From positions 13,757 to 77,756 of IMG/VR virus record IMGVR_UViG_3300042923_000241: a stretch of DNA of 64,000 nucleotides. The stretch is one strand, 5' to 3'. A program made the position numbers and the translations under genes. The notes beneath the pieces are model-generated. The model searched no databases. It had not been told where the DNA came from and worked only from the letters and a program-made list of their open reading frames with translations. The DNA is from a virus. Positions within the stretch are counted from its first letter, which is position 1; every line of letters starts with the position of its first letter. Shown here piece by piece: positions 48,391 to 58,536 of this stretch.

Positions 48391-49110
48391 TTGCCATTAT
48401 TTGAAGAAGGAATGGGTGGGACGCAGGGATTCAGTAAGCTAAACGGACTATTTGACCCTGCAAGTGCAGACTCACATGACCATAGCGGAATAGACGGCAA
48501 GGGGGAGAAAATACCCGCTGCAAACATCATAAACGACGCCACCGGCAACCTCCCAGCCGGAACCGTGGCGAGTCAGTTGGCGGCATTGGACGGTAGAGGT
48601 CTTGCGTGGTTTAAGGCTGAAACATACGCAGTCGGTGACATAGTTTACAGTCCTAACCTTCCGAGTTACGCCTACGCCGAGTGTATCCAAGCAGGTTCAA
48701 CAGCAGCGACAGAGCCGACATGGCCTGCGGTTGGCAGCACGGTGGTAGATGGTACTGTGACATGGATTGTACGAAGCATCACGAAAGTTGCAGTAGCTAA
48801 TGGAGGTACTGGCGCAAGTGACGCGGCAACATCCAGGGCCAATTTAGGAGCTATGGTCGCTCCAGTTGGCGGCACAGGATCGAATTTGCCAGGAGAGGTA
48901 AGAGTAACGCTTTTTGGCTCTGGCGTACAACCGGTTGTTCCGGCAGGCGGTACATGGCTTTGGTTCACTACTTTAGTATTCAGTTCTTCCGCGCTTACAG
49001 TAGTAGGGGATCAATCCTATTACGGGGCAGGTGTTGCAGCAGGAGGTGCTAACATTAGTACACCAGCCGTAGGTTATGTAAGAACATTTATGTTTTGGAG
49101 GATTGCGTAA
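48391..49110 (+). CDS. tail fibre / receptor-binding protein
   Basis: W...Y.VGD...EPTWP...VVDGTVTW module; GGTGASDAATSRANLG fibre motif. Confidence 0.7.
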   Translation: MPLFEEGMGGTQGFSKLNGLFDPASADSHDHSGIDGKGEKIPAANIINDATGNLPAGTVASQLAALDGRGLAWFKAETYAVGDIVYSPNLPSYAYAECIQAGSTAATEPTWPAVGSTVVDGTVTWIVRSITKVAVANGGTGASDAATSRANLGAMVAPVGGTGSNLPGEVRVTLFGSGVQPVVPAGGTWLWFTTLVFSSSALTVVGDQSYYGAGVAAGGANISTPAVGYVRTFMFWRIA

Positions 49111-49643
49111 TGATAAAAAAACGCCATGACGGAACCTATGAGATTTTGAATAACGGACTGCCTTATCATGTTTTGCAGACTGACCCGATATTTGCTGAAG
49201 TCGATAGCTATGCGCAGGCTCATCCTGATGAGGTTGAGATCGTGCCTGCGCCGCCAGGGCCGACGCTGGAAGAATCAAAAGAGACCCTCCGCGCAGCAAT
49301 TAACACCGAACGAAACCGGCGAGAAATGGGCGGCTTTACCTATCTTGACAAAACTTTTGACAGCGACCAAACTAGCGTGACCCGTATCAATGCTGCAGTC
49401 AACACAGCGGTTGCGGCTATCCTGACTATCTCGGTTTTTTCTGTGGAGTGGACATGCAAAGACAACTCGACAATCGCTCTGGATGCTCAGCAGTTCCTTG
49501 GCCTTGCATCAGCACTGGCGCAACACTCAAACGCCCAGCACGTGCGAGGTAGGGGGTTAAAAGATCAGACTGAAGCAGCGCAATCAGAAGCGGATTTGGT
49601 AGTAGTTGAAAACCTATTAAACGAATGGAAGGCAGAGGCGTAG
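49110..49643 (+). CDS. DUF4376-like tail fibre assembly protein
   Basis: INTERNRREMGGF...FDSD...WTCKDNS. Confidence 0.75.
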   Translation: MIKKRHDGTYEILNNGLPYHVLQTDPIFAEVDSYAQAHPDEVEIVPAPPGPTLEESKETLRAAINTERNRREMGGFTYLDKTFDSDQTSVTRINAAVNTAVAAILTISVFSVEWTCKDNSTIALDAQQFLGLASALAQHSNAQHVRGRGLKDQTEAAQSEADLVVVENLLNEWKAEA

Positions 49644-49723
49644 GCCTCTATTTTTATTAGGGGGTGGGAGCGTTCCTGCCAATACAACGGGTAGCAAAAT
49701 GGGGAGAGTGGAGTTGATGTAGA

Positions 49724-49966
49724 TTGTCAGAAAAAGACTTTCAGCAACAAGTGTTAGAGCGACTATCGGCGATTGAAACAAACGGGCAGTATTTCAGCGA
49801 AGGGTTAAAAATCATTCGCGAACACGGCGAGAGAATCACGGCGGCAGAAGCAAGTTCAAGTTCGGCACATAAACGGATTGACGGGATTTATCTGACTGCT
49901 GGCATGTTTGGCGCAGTCGCCGGATGGGTTGCTGATTTTGTCGGGAAGTGGTCAAGAGGTCACTAA
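49724..49966 (+). CDS. XhlA-like holin / lysis membrane protein
   Basis: ERLSAIET...SAHKRID plus a C-terminal TM. Confidence 0.7.
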   Translation: MSEKDFQQQVLERLSAIETNGQYFSEGLKIIREHGERITAAEASSSSAHKRIDGIYLTAGMFGAVAGWVADFVGKWSRGH

Positions 49967-49967
49967 C

Positions 49968-50288
49968 ATGAAATTTATTTCCAGTCTGATGTATGAAAAC
50001 GGCGAGGTGTCCGCAGTGCGGTGCTTCGCTGTTTATCTTATCATCATGGCGATGCACGCTTACTATGAAGCAATGTACTCCGGCAAGACATTTAGTCCCG
50101 AACAATGGGTAATTCTGCAAGACACTATCCGTGGTGGCGGTGCTGGCGGTGTAGGTGCGTTGCTAGTGAACAAGGCGTACAACTCTATTTTTAATACGCC
50201 ACGAAATGAGTATATGAGAAAGTCTTTGATCGGCGTAAGCGAGCAAGCCAGCAAAACAGGCGCAAACGGACAACAACTAAAGCTATGA
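49968..50288 (+). CDS. putative holin
   Basis: LMYENGEVSAVR plus hydrophobic helices; just before the endolysin. Confidence 0.55.
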   Translation: MKFISSLMYENGEVSAVRCFAVYLIIMAMHAYYEAMYSGKTFSPEQWVILQDTIRGGGAGGVGALLVNKAYNSIFNTPRNEYMRKSLIGVSEQASKTGANGQQLKL

Positions 50289-50297
50289 GGTGATTAA

Positions 50298-50912
50298 GTG
50301 TTAGGAGATTTGTCAAGCAAATACGAATCAAACGGCGACCCTGCAACTGTTTCTAGCGGTTGGGGTGATGCTGGCGGTGTGAGTTATGGATGTTATCAGT
50401 TAGCTTCAAATACAGGTAGCGCAGACAGTTTTGTCCGTTGGTTACGAAATAACAATCACCCTGCCGGAAATATTCTCGGTCAACATACTCCTGGTAGCAG
50501 GGAATTTTCAGCAGCTTGGGTTTATTGCGCTAAGAACATAGCAGACTTTGGTTACGCTCAACACAACTATATCGCCTATGCTTACTTTGAACCTGCTGTT
50601 GAATTATTGGCAGAGGCAGGGTTTCACATTGAAAATCATCAACCTATAATGGCAGACGTTGTTTGGAGCCGAGCGGTACAATACGGAACAGGTTATATTG
50701 TGGAAATGTTTGAAGATGCAGTTCATTCGCTAGGATACGAAAATCTGTCATATGTTGATGCGCCGAGATTCGATGCAGACATGATAAAAGCTGTGTATCT
50801 CAACGTCTGCATGACTGAGGAATGGACTAATGGAAGTCCCGCTCTACGAGAAGGGCTTTATAATCGGTTTCAAAATGAATGCGACGATGCGCTGATAATG
50901 TTGGAGGGATAA
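50298..50912 (+). CDS. endolysin (lysozyme-like fold)
   Basis: LGDLSSKYES, D.GGVSYGCYQL, VWSRAVQYG, NRF..E. Confidence 0.8.
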   Translation: MLGDLSSKYESNGDPATVSSGWGDAGGVSYGCYQLASNTGSADSFVRWLRNNNHPAGNILGQHTPGSREFSAAWVYCAKNIADFGYAQHNYIAYAYFEPAVELLAEAGFHIENHQPIMADVVWSRAVQYGTGYIVEMFEDAVHSLGYENLSYVDAPRFDADMIKAVYLNVCMTEEWTNGSPALREGLYNRFQNECDDALIMLEG

Positions 50913-50913
50913 C

Positions 50914-51192
50914 ATGATAATTGACGACGTAACAGTCGAAGCAGATGTGAGCATACCGCAAGAAGTTCTTGTTCAAGAAGTTGCCAATGAACGGATTATT
51001 TGGTTGGCGAAAAATAAAGTATTGGGCAGAATGGTTTTTACTATTGAAGGTGACGAAATTCTAATCGAAGCGTTTGAATTGTCAAAAATTAGGAGAACCG
51101 CCAGAATTACAGGCTATCTCAGTAATGTTGACAACTTTAATCTTTCAAAAAAGAAAGAGCTCGAAGCAAGAAAACCGCATATAACATTTTAA
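50914..51192 (+). CDS. stand-alone class III RNR (NrdD) glycyl-radical loop protein
   Basis: C-terminus RRTARITGYL...FN..KKKE...RKPH is the NrdD Gly-radical signature; only 92 aa. Confidence 0.8.
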   Translation: MIIDDVTVEADVSIPQEVLVQEVANERIIWLAKNKVLGRMVFTIEGDEILIEAFELSKIRRTARITGYLSNVDNFNLSKKKELEARKPHITF

Positions 51193-51312
51193 CGCTCAAA
51201 ATTGCTTCTTTAAGGCACGTTAGTTGTTTTACTGGTATTTGTACCCAAAAACGGTTAGCGTGCCTTGTGGCTTAATCTGGCTAGAAATAATAACATTGTG
51301 GAGGTAATATTT

Positions 51313-51582
51313 ATGTCTGACGAAAAGAAATTAGATGCTGCTGAGCAAAATGTTGTCCAACAGATAAAAGAACTTCTTGAATCTGCCAATCTAACTAAAA
51401 AGGAATTGGAAGATGTGAAACAAGCGATTGACCTGTACCTAAAAGCAATTTTCAAAGAAGCGTTTTTAGGAATCATTACTAGAATTAAATCACTTGTCAA
51501 AATCCTTGAATCGTATCTTGGCAGACCGTTTCTATATGTTTCTGTTGCCTATCTGTTGCTAAAACAGATAGGGGTGATTTAA
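51313..51582 (+). CDS. membrane-anchored hypothetical protein
   Basis: GGAGG RBS; C-terminal TM. Confidence 0.55.
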   Translation: MSDEKKLDAAEQNVVQQIKELLESANLTKKELEDVKQAIDLYLKAIFKEAFLGIITRIKSLVKILESYLGRPFLYVSVAYLLLKQIGVI

Positions 51583-52127
51583 TGTTTACCGCTTGGCAGA
51601 ACAAAGGCACGATATTTCTGTGTATAATCTTCCTTGTTGTCGGTGTCTTTATAGGGAAGACATTCTATTCAAAGACTGAGGTTCAGATTGTTGAAAAGCC
51701 TGTCAAGATAACGGAAACCGTCAAAGTTAAAGGCGATACAACCGTTGAATACGTTGAAAAAGAAGTCGTCAAATACCTAAAAGAAGATGGCTCTGTTGGT
51801 GAAAAGAAAGAACAGACTGATGTTCAAGCCGACATTGGACAACCAAAAGTATCAGTCAAAGTCAACAATCAGCCTTATCAGTTCTCGCTTTTGCAAGGAG
51901 AAACGCAGAAGTTTGAACAAGGGAAGATTGTCCTCTCTCAGAATAGCGAAATCAGTCTTAACTTAGATGTTCAACCACAGATTATTGACCGAACAAAATC
52001 AGGCGGTTTATGGTTTGGCGCAGGAAGTCGCGGTGCTAACGTGGCGTTAGAAGAATCTCGCATCTTAGCGCAAAAGTGGATAGGTAAAAAGGATTGGAAC
52101 GCTAGTTGGCAAGCTGTTCAATGGTAA
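51582..52127 (+). CDS. membrane-anchored lysis accessory protein (spanin-like)
   Basis: N-terminal TM, VEYVEKEV stretch, aromatic beta-rich C-terminus; end of the lysis cassette. Confidence 0.45.
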   Translation: MFTAWQNKGTIFLCIIFLVVGVFIGKTFYSKTEVQIVEKPVKITETVKVKGDTTVEYVEKEVVKYLKEDGSVGEKKEQTDVQADIGQPKVSVKVNNQPYQFSLLQGETQKFEQGKIVLSQNSEISLNLDVQPQIIDRTKSGGLWFGAGSRGANVALEESRILAQKWIGKKDWNASWQAVQW

Positions 52128-52203
52128 TTAAGATTTATCGCTAATAATTTTAATAAGACTAGCAATTTTATGTTGTTGTTAAAATGTGTTTGCATTATTT
52201 CAC

Positions 52204-52235
52204 GCCCTGCCGAAAGGTGGGGCTTTTTTATTTTG
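52204..52235 (+). terminator. terminator ending the late operon
   Basis: GCCCTGCC-GAAA-GGTGGGGC plus U-tract. Confidence 0.75.
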
Positions 52236-52257
52236 TCTACATTCAGTAACATTTGTG

Positions 52258-52286
52258 TTGACTAAAAGTAGCAATTGTGGTAATAT
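52258..52286 (+). promoter_or_regulatory. sigma-A promoter of the accessory operon
   Basis: TTGACT-17-TAATAT with an extended TG. Confidence 0.65.
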
Positions 52287-52305
52287 ATTCCCAAGAGGTG
52301 AAATT

Positions 52306-52629
52306 ATGAAAAAACTATTGTTTTCCGTCACGAAGAAGGACTTTGAACTACAATTCTTCTGTGCTGGCGGTAAGGGTGGCCAAAATCAAAATAAAGTAGC
52401 TACTGCTTGCAGAATCATTCATGCCGCTTCTGGTGCTGTGGGCGAGAGCAGAACACATAGGACTCAACTCCAAAACAAGAAAGAAGCGTTTTCGCGGTTG
52501 CTGTCTTCAAAAGAATTTAAGTTATGGCATAAAATCCAATGTTCTCGCAGTCTTGGACTTTCACGTTTGCCGGAAGAAATCGTTGAAGAACAGATGCAAG
52601 ATAAGTTTTTGAAAATCGAATATATATAA
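52306..52629 (+). CDS. GGQ peptide-release-factor-domain protein (ArfB/PrfH-like)
   Basis: FFCAGGKGGQNQNKVATACRIIH..SG...SRTHRTQLQNKKEA. Confidence 0.88.
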   Translation: MKKLLFSVTKKDFELQFFCAGGKGGQNQNKVATACRIIHAASGAVGESRTHRTQLQNKKEAFSRLLSSKEFKLWHKIQCSRSLGLSRLPEEIVEEQMQDKFLKIEYI

Positions 52630-52641
52630 GGGGTGACATGT

Positions 52642-52791
52642 TTGGCAAACCAAGAGAAGCATTTGAACATTCGGATTGACGAAGATTTGAAGCAAAAGTT
52701 TATTGAAAAGTGCGAAAGTAGTTCGATTAGTTACAGTAAGTGGATGCGCAACAAGGTTAAGGAATTTGTGAAGGAGGAAGAAAATGGGTAA
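52642..52791 (+). CDS. ribbon-helix-helix protein (not in track)
   Basis: TTG start; ANQEKHLNIRIDEDLKQKFIEKCESSSISYSKWMRNKVKEFV. Confidence 0.7.
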   Translation: MANQEKHLNIRIDEDLKQKFIEKCESSSISYSKWMRNKVKEFVKEEENG

Positions 52792-53495
52792 GCCATATCG
52801 CGATTTAACATATCCGCAAGTATGTCATATGGCATCACTAATGGAAGAAGAAAATCAAAAACTAAAACAAGAAATTGTTGAATTAAAAAAGGAAGTCAAC
52901 TATCTAACCTGTTATAAAGATGCGGCCTTGCATTGGCAAAAGATGAAACACCGCGAATGTCTGAGTATGGCAGAAAAGAGAAGGGTAGAACATTCTGCTG
53001 ATGCAAGACTAACTTCTGCTTTGCAAATATTGGTTGTTGGGGAATCGAAAGACTAAAGCCACTCGCCACAAACTCAGCATAGGGCGGTATTTGACTAAAT
53101 TGTGTAGGGAGGAAGAGGGATGAAAGTGTTTATTGTGTTAGATGATGATGGTGGATTGGTTGACCTTTTTCAAACACTTGCAAGTGCTGAAAAGTGCAAA
53201 TCAGAATATGTCTACGACTTTGGAGACAAGTTTTACATAGACGAGCGAACAGTAAATGAATAGACTAGTCGAATCGGCGAAAAGATGGGAGGAACGCAAA
53301 TGCCAGACGCAACAAAAAGTAGGTTTAACCTGTTAACTCCTAACGGTAAAATACCTGCAAACACAATGTGTCCATTTTTTGCAAAATGCGCACGAAAAGA
53401 CGAAAGGTGCTTTACTGTAAAACGTGTTGATTTCTCTTGTGCATTAGCGAGGGGATTCGATATGTTTCCAAACGAAGAGATGGGAGGATAGCAAA

Positions 53496-53864
53496 TTGTT
53501 CAAAGTAATTGTTGCAGGTTCTCGCGGATTCAATGACTACGATTTATTAAAGGCAAAACTCGATATCATATTAAGTTCAATACAAGAGGATGAAATAGAA
53601 ATTGTATCAGGTACGGCTTATGGTGCCGACCAACTAGGGGAATGTTACGCTGTTGAGAAGGGATTAAAGGTTAAGCGATTCCCTGCCGATTGGGATAAAC
53701 ACGGCAAACGAGCAGGATATTTGCGAAATGAAGAAATGGCTAAATATGCTGATGCTTTAGTTGCTTTTTGGGACGAACGCTCATCTGGGACAAAACACAT
53801 GATCGACTTGGCGAGAAAACACAATCTGTTGGTAAGAGTAATTAAGTATGGGGAGGACAAATAA
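53496..53864 (+). CDS. SLOG-family (YspA-like) protein
   Basis: IVAGSR, VSGTAYGAD, PADW..HGKRAG..RN..M, GTKHMI. Confidence 0.85.
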   Translation: MFKVIVAGSRGFNDYDLLKAKLDIILSSIQEDEIEIVSGTAYGADQLGECYAVEKGLKVKRFPADWDKHGKRAGYLRNEEMAKYADALVAFWDERSSGTKHMIDLARKHNLLVRVIKYGEDK

Positions 53865-54283
53865 GTGCAAAATAATTTGCCGCGAAAAGTTAAAGCAAAA
53901 ATTACTCGCGTTGTCGAAGAAGTTGCGTTGGTTGAGTTAGAGCGTGATGGTACTGTCAGGGAATTTATCGAAACTCACAGCGAATTAGGCACGGTTGACG
54001 TTCTTGAAGTCATTGACATAATTGACGTTATCACTGTTTGGGATTAAAAAAATACGGGGAGGAATAAAAAATGGTAATGGAATTAGTTAGAAATTATGAT
54101 GAGGACGTAACGGAAGGCATAGCGATTCAAAAAGGCTATGGAGAAAACGCCGAATATGAGTTCCCCTGTCCGATATGCGGTGAAGAAGTAGACGTTGACG
54201 ATTTTGGCCCTGCGTATCGTTGCTATACTTGCAAAAATGCGATTAGGTTTAGAGAAGAAAACATTAAAGTTGGTGAATAGGCA

Positions 54284-54781
54284 ATGCCTAAACAGTATGC
54301 GCCCGCAAACAACTACGAGCAGAAGTTAAGTCGTGTCATGGAACGACTAGCGATTGAAAAATACAACTACAATTGGGACAGGTTTGGCGGTTGGGTTGAG
54401 TTTTACTACAACGGCGAAATGTACCGCTTTGAACACAGCATTGAGAAAGCTAAAGCAAGAGGAATCAAGTTATCATACGGCTCAGATGCATTTGCACAGG
54501 TTGTCTTGTCGTTAGAGGACTTAGCTAGAATGGTAGAGCGCGGAATTTACGAATTGTCAACGTGGGTATCTGGCATGAAGTATCTACCTCCTGCGATTGA
54601 AGTCCCTTCATTCTTTAAGTATTTGGGGTATCAAGAAATACCACATAGCGTTGACGATGTAAAAGAACGGTATCGGTCACTAGCAAAACAGATGCACCCT
54701 GACGTTGGCGGTAATCAAGAGGATTTTCAGAAGTTAAAAGAATCTGCTGAACAAGCATTTAGTTATCTTAGTAGGACTTGA
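54284..54781 (+). CDS. protein with a C-terminal DnaJ (J) domain
   Basis: VKERYRSLAKQMHPDVGG...F. Confidence 0.8.
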   Translation: MPKQYAPANNYEQKLSRVMERLAIEKYNYNWDRFGGWVEFYYNGEMYRFEHSIEKAKARGIKLSYGSDAFAQVVLSLEDLARMVERGIYELSTWVSGMKYLPPAIEVPSFFKYLGYQEIPHSVDDVKERYRSLAKQMHPDVGGNQEDFQKLKESAEQAFSYLSRT

Positions 54782-56610
54782 TAGGAGGATAAAATGTCTG
54801 ATAAAAAAAGCGTGATGACGATTGAAGAAGTCAGAAACATTCTCAGCAAGCTTCCGTGGGGTTTGTCCGAACTCATCATAGCAGAGCGAAGAGGTTGCGA
54901 CGAGGAATGCGAAGGTTACGGCGTTAAGTGCCATAATTGTTCTGGCGAAGAAAATCAATACATCGAAGACTAACGGGGAGGAAAACCAATGAAACAATTC
55001 ATCGACCAATGTGTTTATTGCCATCACATGAGAAAATATGTTGCCGTTGAAACCTGTTTAGCCTGTCCTAGTTTCAAAGAAATGTCTTTTGGCATGGTTG
55101 ATTGCGGTTATGGGGAGGAAACAAACAGATGTACGGTAAATGGGTAACTATATTTGGCGACGTTATGGTATTTGTCTTTTGCAATCCCGAAACAACTGAA
55201 CAAGAACTTCAAGAATTAGCGATAAACAAATTAAGGAGATTGCTGAAATGCTAACCAAACAACAAGCCTACGAAGAAATGTTAAATGGCAACAAAGTGTC
55301 ACATAAATATTTTGATGATTCGGAGTACATACATATCGTAAGCGGTAAAATGCTCACAGAAGACGGTTGCCGGTTTGAACAGGGTTGGGAAGATCGGAAA
55401 GAAGATTATTGGTTAAGCGGTTGGAGGATATTTAGGGAGTAGGAGGATATTTAAAATGCTAGACATTCGTCATGTTAAGTTTGAGAACTGTAAATTTGGT
55501 GGCGTTTATAAGAGACTACCTCGCCATTACAACGAATATCTGATTCAGATTCGCGTCAAACAAAAAGACAGCATCTTTAGCGACACACACGAAATTTATA
55601 TTGACAGCAGCAACATTTACGACAAATTTATCGATATAAAAATTGGCAGAAAGGAAAGAAGTTATTTTGCACATGGCATGACCGATATTGACGTATACAA
55701 ACAAGGGGGAAAATATATCATCAACTACAGTCCTACCGATTCAATGCACGCCTATTACATACTCAATCAAAAGAACTTTGACGAACTGATTGGCGCATTA
55801 GAGGATACTGTCGCCAAGGAGGAATAACTCAATGTCTGACCGCAAAGATGAAATAAACTGCGTTCTCAACCTGATTAACTCAATGTGTGAAACGGCAAAT
55901 ATTTCCCTAATACCGAAAGCGTGGAAGGGTACATGGATTGTCGCCGTTAAGGATGAAACTGATGGCAAGGAATATGCGATTGCGAGAAGTAAATAAGGGA
56001 GAGATAGATAGCATGAAATCAGTCTGCAATATCTGCCAATGTTCAAAATGCGCTAGGCGATTTTATATGTTATCCGAATGTAACCCCTGTGAAGACTGTG
56101 AAAATCATTTACACCCCGAACAGATGAATATTTGTACGGCGTTTACTACGGAAGAAGAGCCGTTTATTAATAAGGATAAGGAGGAATCATGAAAACAGAC
56201 GTTTTCGGCAGACAATATGTTTGGATTGTTACAACAACAAATGAGTTTATGTCTATGGAGATAGATGTATACAATAGTTGCCACGAAACTCAATGGGAAG
56301 CAGAAGAACATGCGCTAAAGAATCTGTCTGACCGCAAATACAAAATTAGAAGAGATGTTGTGAGATAGGAGGAACCCCCATGAACTTAGCCGACAACCTT
56401 TATATCAGCCTAGTAGAACCGCAAAAATGGGACGATGGAACCAATAACTACATTCCCAAAAAGCAATATTGTTTCGCTTGTGCCGTTAAGAAAATCGTGA
56501 GTGGCGTTGCGATTGAGCCAGAGATTAGAGAAAAACCGGATAGGTACGAATATCGCACTAATAGACAGTGTTGCGAGTGCAATGCGTATATTTATTAGGG
56601 AGGATAGAGA

Positions 56611-57480
56611 ATGAACAAAGGCATTTACTTTAACTGTTATCGCGAATATATGTCTTTAAACCTTATCAATGACTCAGACGAAAAGCACGATAGATTTGGA
56701 GCCGATTGGAACAATTGGAGTCACTATAAAATGTTGGACGAATTAATACGTTTTATGAGAAAAAGAAAATTCTCTATAAAGCACGACGCATCGGTACATA
56801 AGTGTATCAGAAAAGACCATTGGGTAGGCGTAAAAGGCGAATTGAGATTTGTTTTACACCGATACCCCAGAGGATTTAGTTTTAAATTTTATCAAGAAGT
56901 TGTAACAGTAAATCGGCATGGCGGTAGATATGACTTCGATAAATTCAAAAAGGCACCATATCTGATAAGACTTTCGTGGATTAACGAAACTAATAAGATG
57001 TCAGCGTTTTTGGAATCCCTAGGTATTGAGAACTGTACCGGCAAAACATATAGTTTGGCAGAAGATAAAATAAAAGCACATTTTGTTGATAGTTGGCATC
57101 ATCCACAAAAAGATATGAACTTTGCATTGAAAGACCTAAATGGTACTACATGCGAAGGAACTTATAACAATACCGACAGAGACAAGAAGACTATTTACAA
57201 CGGCGAAGTAAAGTATTTCAGAGATTATCGTGGTAGGTTGTGCCGAGGAATCGTTTATCACAATATTAATAATATGTGGTGGGTGATTCTTAATAAATTC
57301 AACTACACCAACGAAGCAGATTTTAGTTTGTTCGACCCTGCCGATGACGACTTTAAGATCAGGCGTAAGGTTCGCGATAAAAAACCTAAAGAATACATCG
57401 AAAAGGTTGAAAGTTTATCTAAGTTGAGCAATAAAGAATTATTGAGAGAACTAAAAAAAAGGAATAAACTAGCAATATGA
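56611..57480 (+). CDS. hypothetical phage protein
   Basis: 289 aa; GGGAGG RBS. Confidence 0.65.
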   Translation: MNKGIYFNCYREYMSLNLINDSDEKHDRFGADWNNWSHYKMLDELIRFMRKRKFSIKHDASVHKCIRKDHWVGVKGELRFVLHRYPRGFSFKFYQEVVTVNRHGGRYDFDKFKKAPYLIRLSWINETNKMSAFLESLGIENCTGKTYSLAEDKIKAHFVDSWHHPQKDMNFALKDLNGTTCEGTYNNTDRDKKTIYNGEVKYFRDYRGRLCRGIVYHNINNMWWVILNKFNYTNEADFSLFDPADDDFKIRRKVRDKKPKEYIEKVESLSKLSNKELLRELKKRNKLAI

Positions 57481-57761
57481 CCGAAGAATTGTCTTGTCAG
57501 AATGGACTCATGGCGAAATGGTTGTTGCTCCATTTTGGAATTGGAGGAAAGTAGAATGAAAAGTCCAATATACAGCATCCCGCTACAACCGTTTATTGTC
57601 AAAAAACAAGTCGATAAAGAATGTGTATTTGGCTACGAGTGCGAAATAATTCCTAATGCGCCGTGTTGTTATAAGTGCGAAAGATTGCAGGTTTGCAAAG
57701 GCGAGAACCTAGATATTTGCGACGACGAATTTATGTGTCCTGTTTGGGAGGAACACAACAA

Positions 57762-58181
57762 ATGACTGAAATAAAATTCCGCTACGTCTTTCGTCACAAG
57801 AAAGATGGCGATGTGCAGACTGAGGTTTATACGTTAGACCAGATCGAGCAAGACACGTTCGGTCACAAATTGCATTATTGGCGACTTGACGGGTATAAAC
57901 TGATTGCTAGGGACAGATGCGTTGATGTCAACGACTCAGCAAACAAGCCGATTTTTGAAAACGATATTCTTGATTCTCCTAGTTGGTGGTGGGGAACTCG
58001 TTTTGTTTATCGTCATCAAGGCAAAGCGGGGCCGTGCCAAGGTGATAGCGTTATTCAATTTATTCTTGCTTCGAACATAGACAATCCGCTTAAAGACGCA
58101 ACGTATAATCTGTGGGATGGCAAAGACGTAAGTGTTATCGGAAATATTCATCAACACCCACACTTATTAGCAAAGGAGTAA
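57762..58181 (+). CDS. YopX-family protein
   Basis: IKFR, D...KPIFENDIL, VIGNIHQHPHLL. Confidence 0.8.
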   Translation: MTEIKFRYVFRHKKDGDVQTEVYTLDQIEQDTFGHKLHYWRLDGYKLIARDRCVDVNDSANKPIFENDILDSPSWWWGTRFVYRHQGKAGPCQGDSVIQFILASNIDNPLKDATYNLWDGKDVSVIGNIHQHPHLLAKE

Positions 58182-58185
58182 TCAA

Positions 58186-58536
58186 ATGCAAATAGGTCAA
58201 ACCGTTTATCTTAGACCAACAGGAAATACCTTGAGAAGTAGGGGTAGCGAAATCGAGGAACAAATAATAAAAACTGTCGGCAGAAAATACATTACGACTT
58301 GGGACGGTTATAACGAATATACAGAAAGGCAATTTCATATTGACACACTACGAGAGAAAACCGAGTATTGCGTTAATTGGGTTCTGTTTTTTAGCAAACA
58401 AGATATTCTCGACGAAGACGAAACTAACGCTTTACATGGCGAAATCAGACAGGCATTTAACGGTTATGGCAAGTCAATATTTTCTCTTGACCAACTCAGA
58501 AGAATTGCCGAGATTATTAGGGAGGACTCCAAATGA
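58186..58536 (+). CDS. hypothetical phage protein (beta-barrel-like)
   Basis: MQIGQTVY, KTVGRKYIT. Confidence 0.55.
   Translation: MQIGQTVYLRPTGNTLRSRGSEIEEQIIKTVGRKYITTWDGYNEYTERQFHIDTLREKTEYCVNWVLFFSKQDILDEDETNALHGEIRQAFNGYGKSIFSLDQLRRIAEIIREDSK

Noticed and set aside
48391-49110. Diversity-generating retroelement target
   Set aside because: No reverse transcriptase and no template-repeat copy of the fibre 3' end were noticed in the window
52306-52629. Stop-codon reassignment implied by a phage release factor
   Set aside because: Long structural genes are intact in the standard code, and TAA, TAG and TGA all end genes; the protein lacks codon-reading domains
55248-55442. Tad2-like anti-Thoeris protein
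   Set aside because: Only the generic N-terminal A...M.NG.KV pattern matches; too short and weak to call
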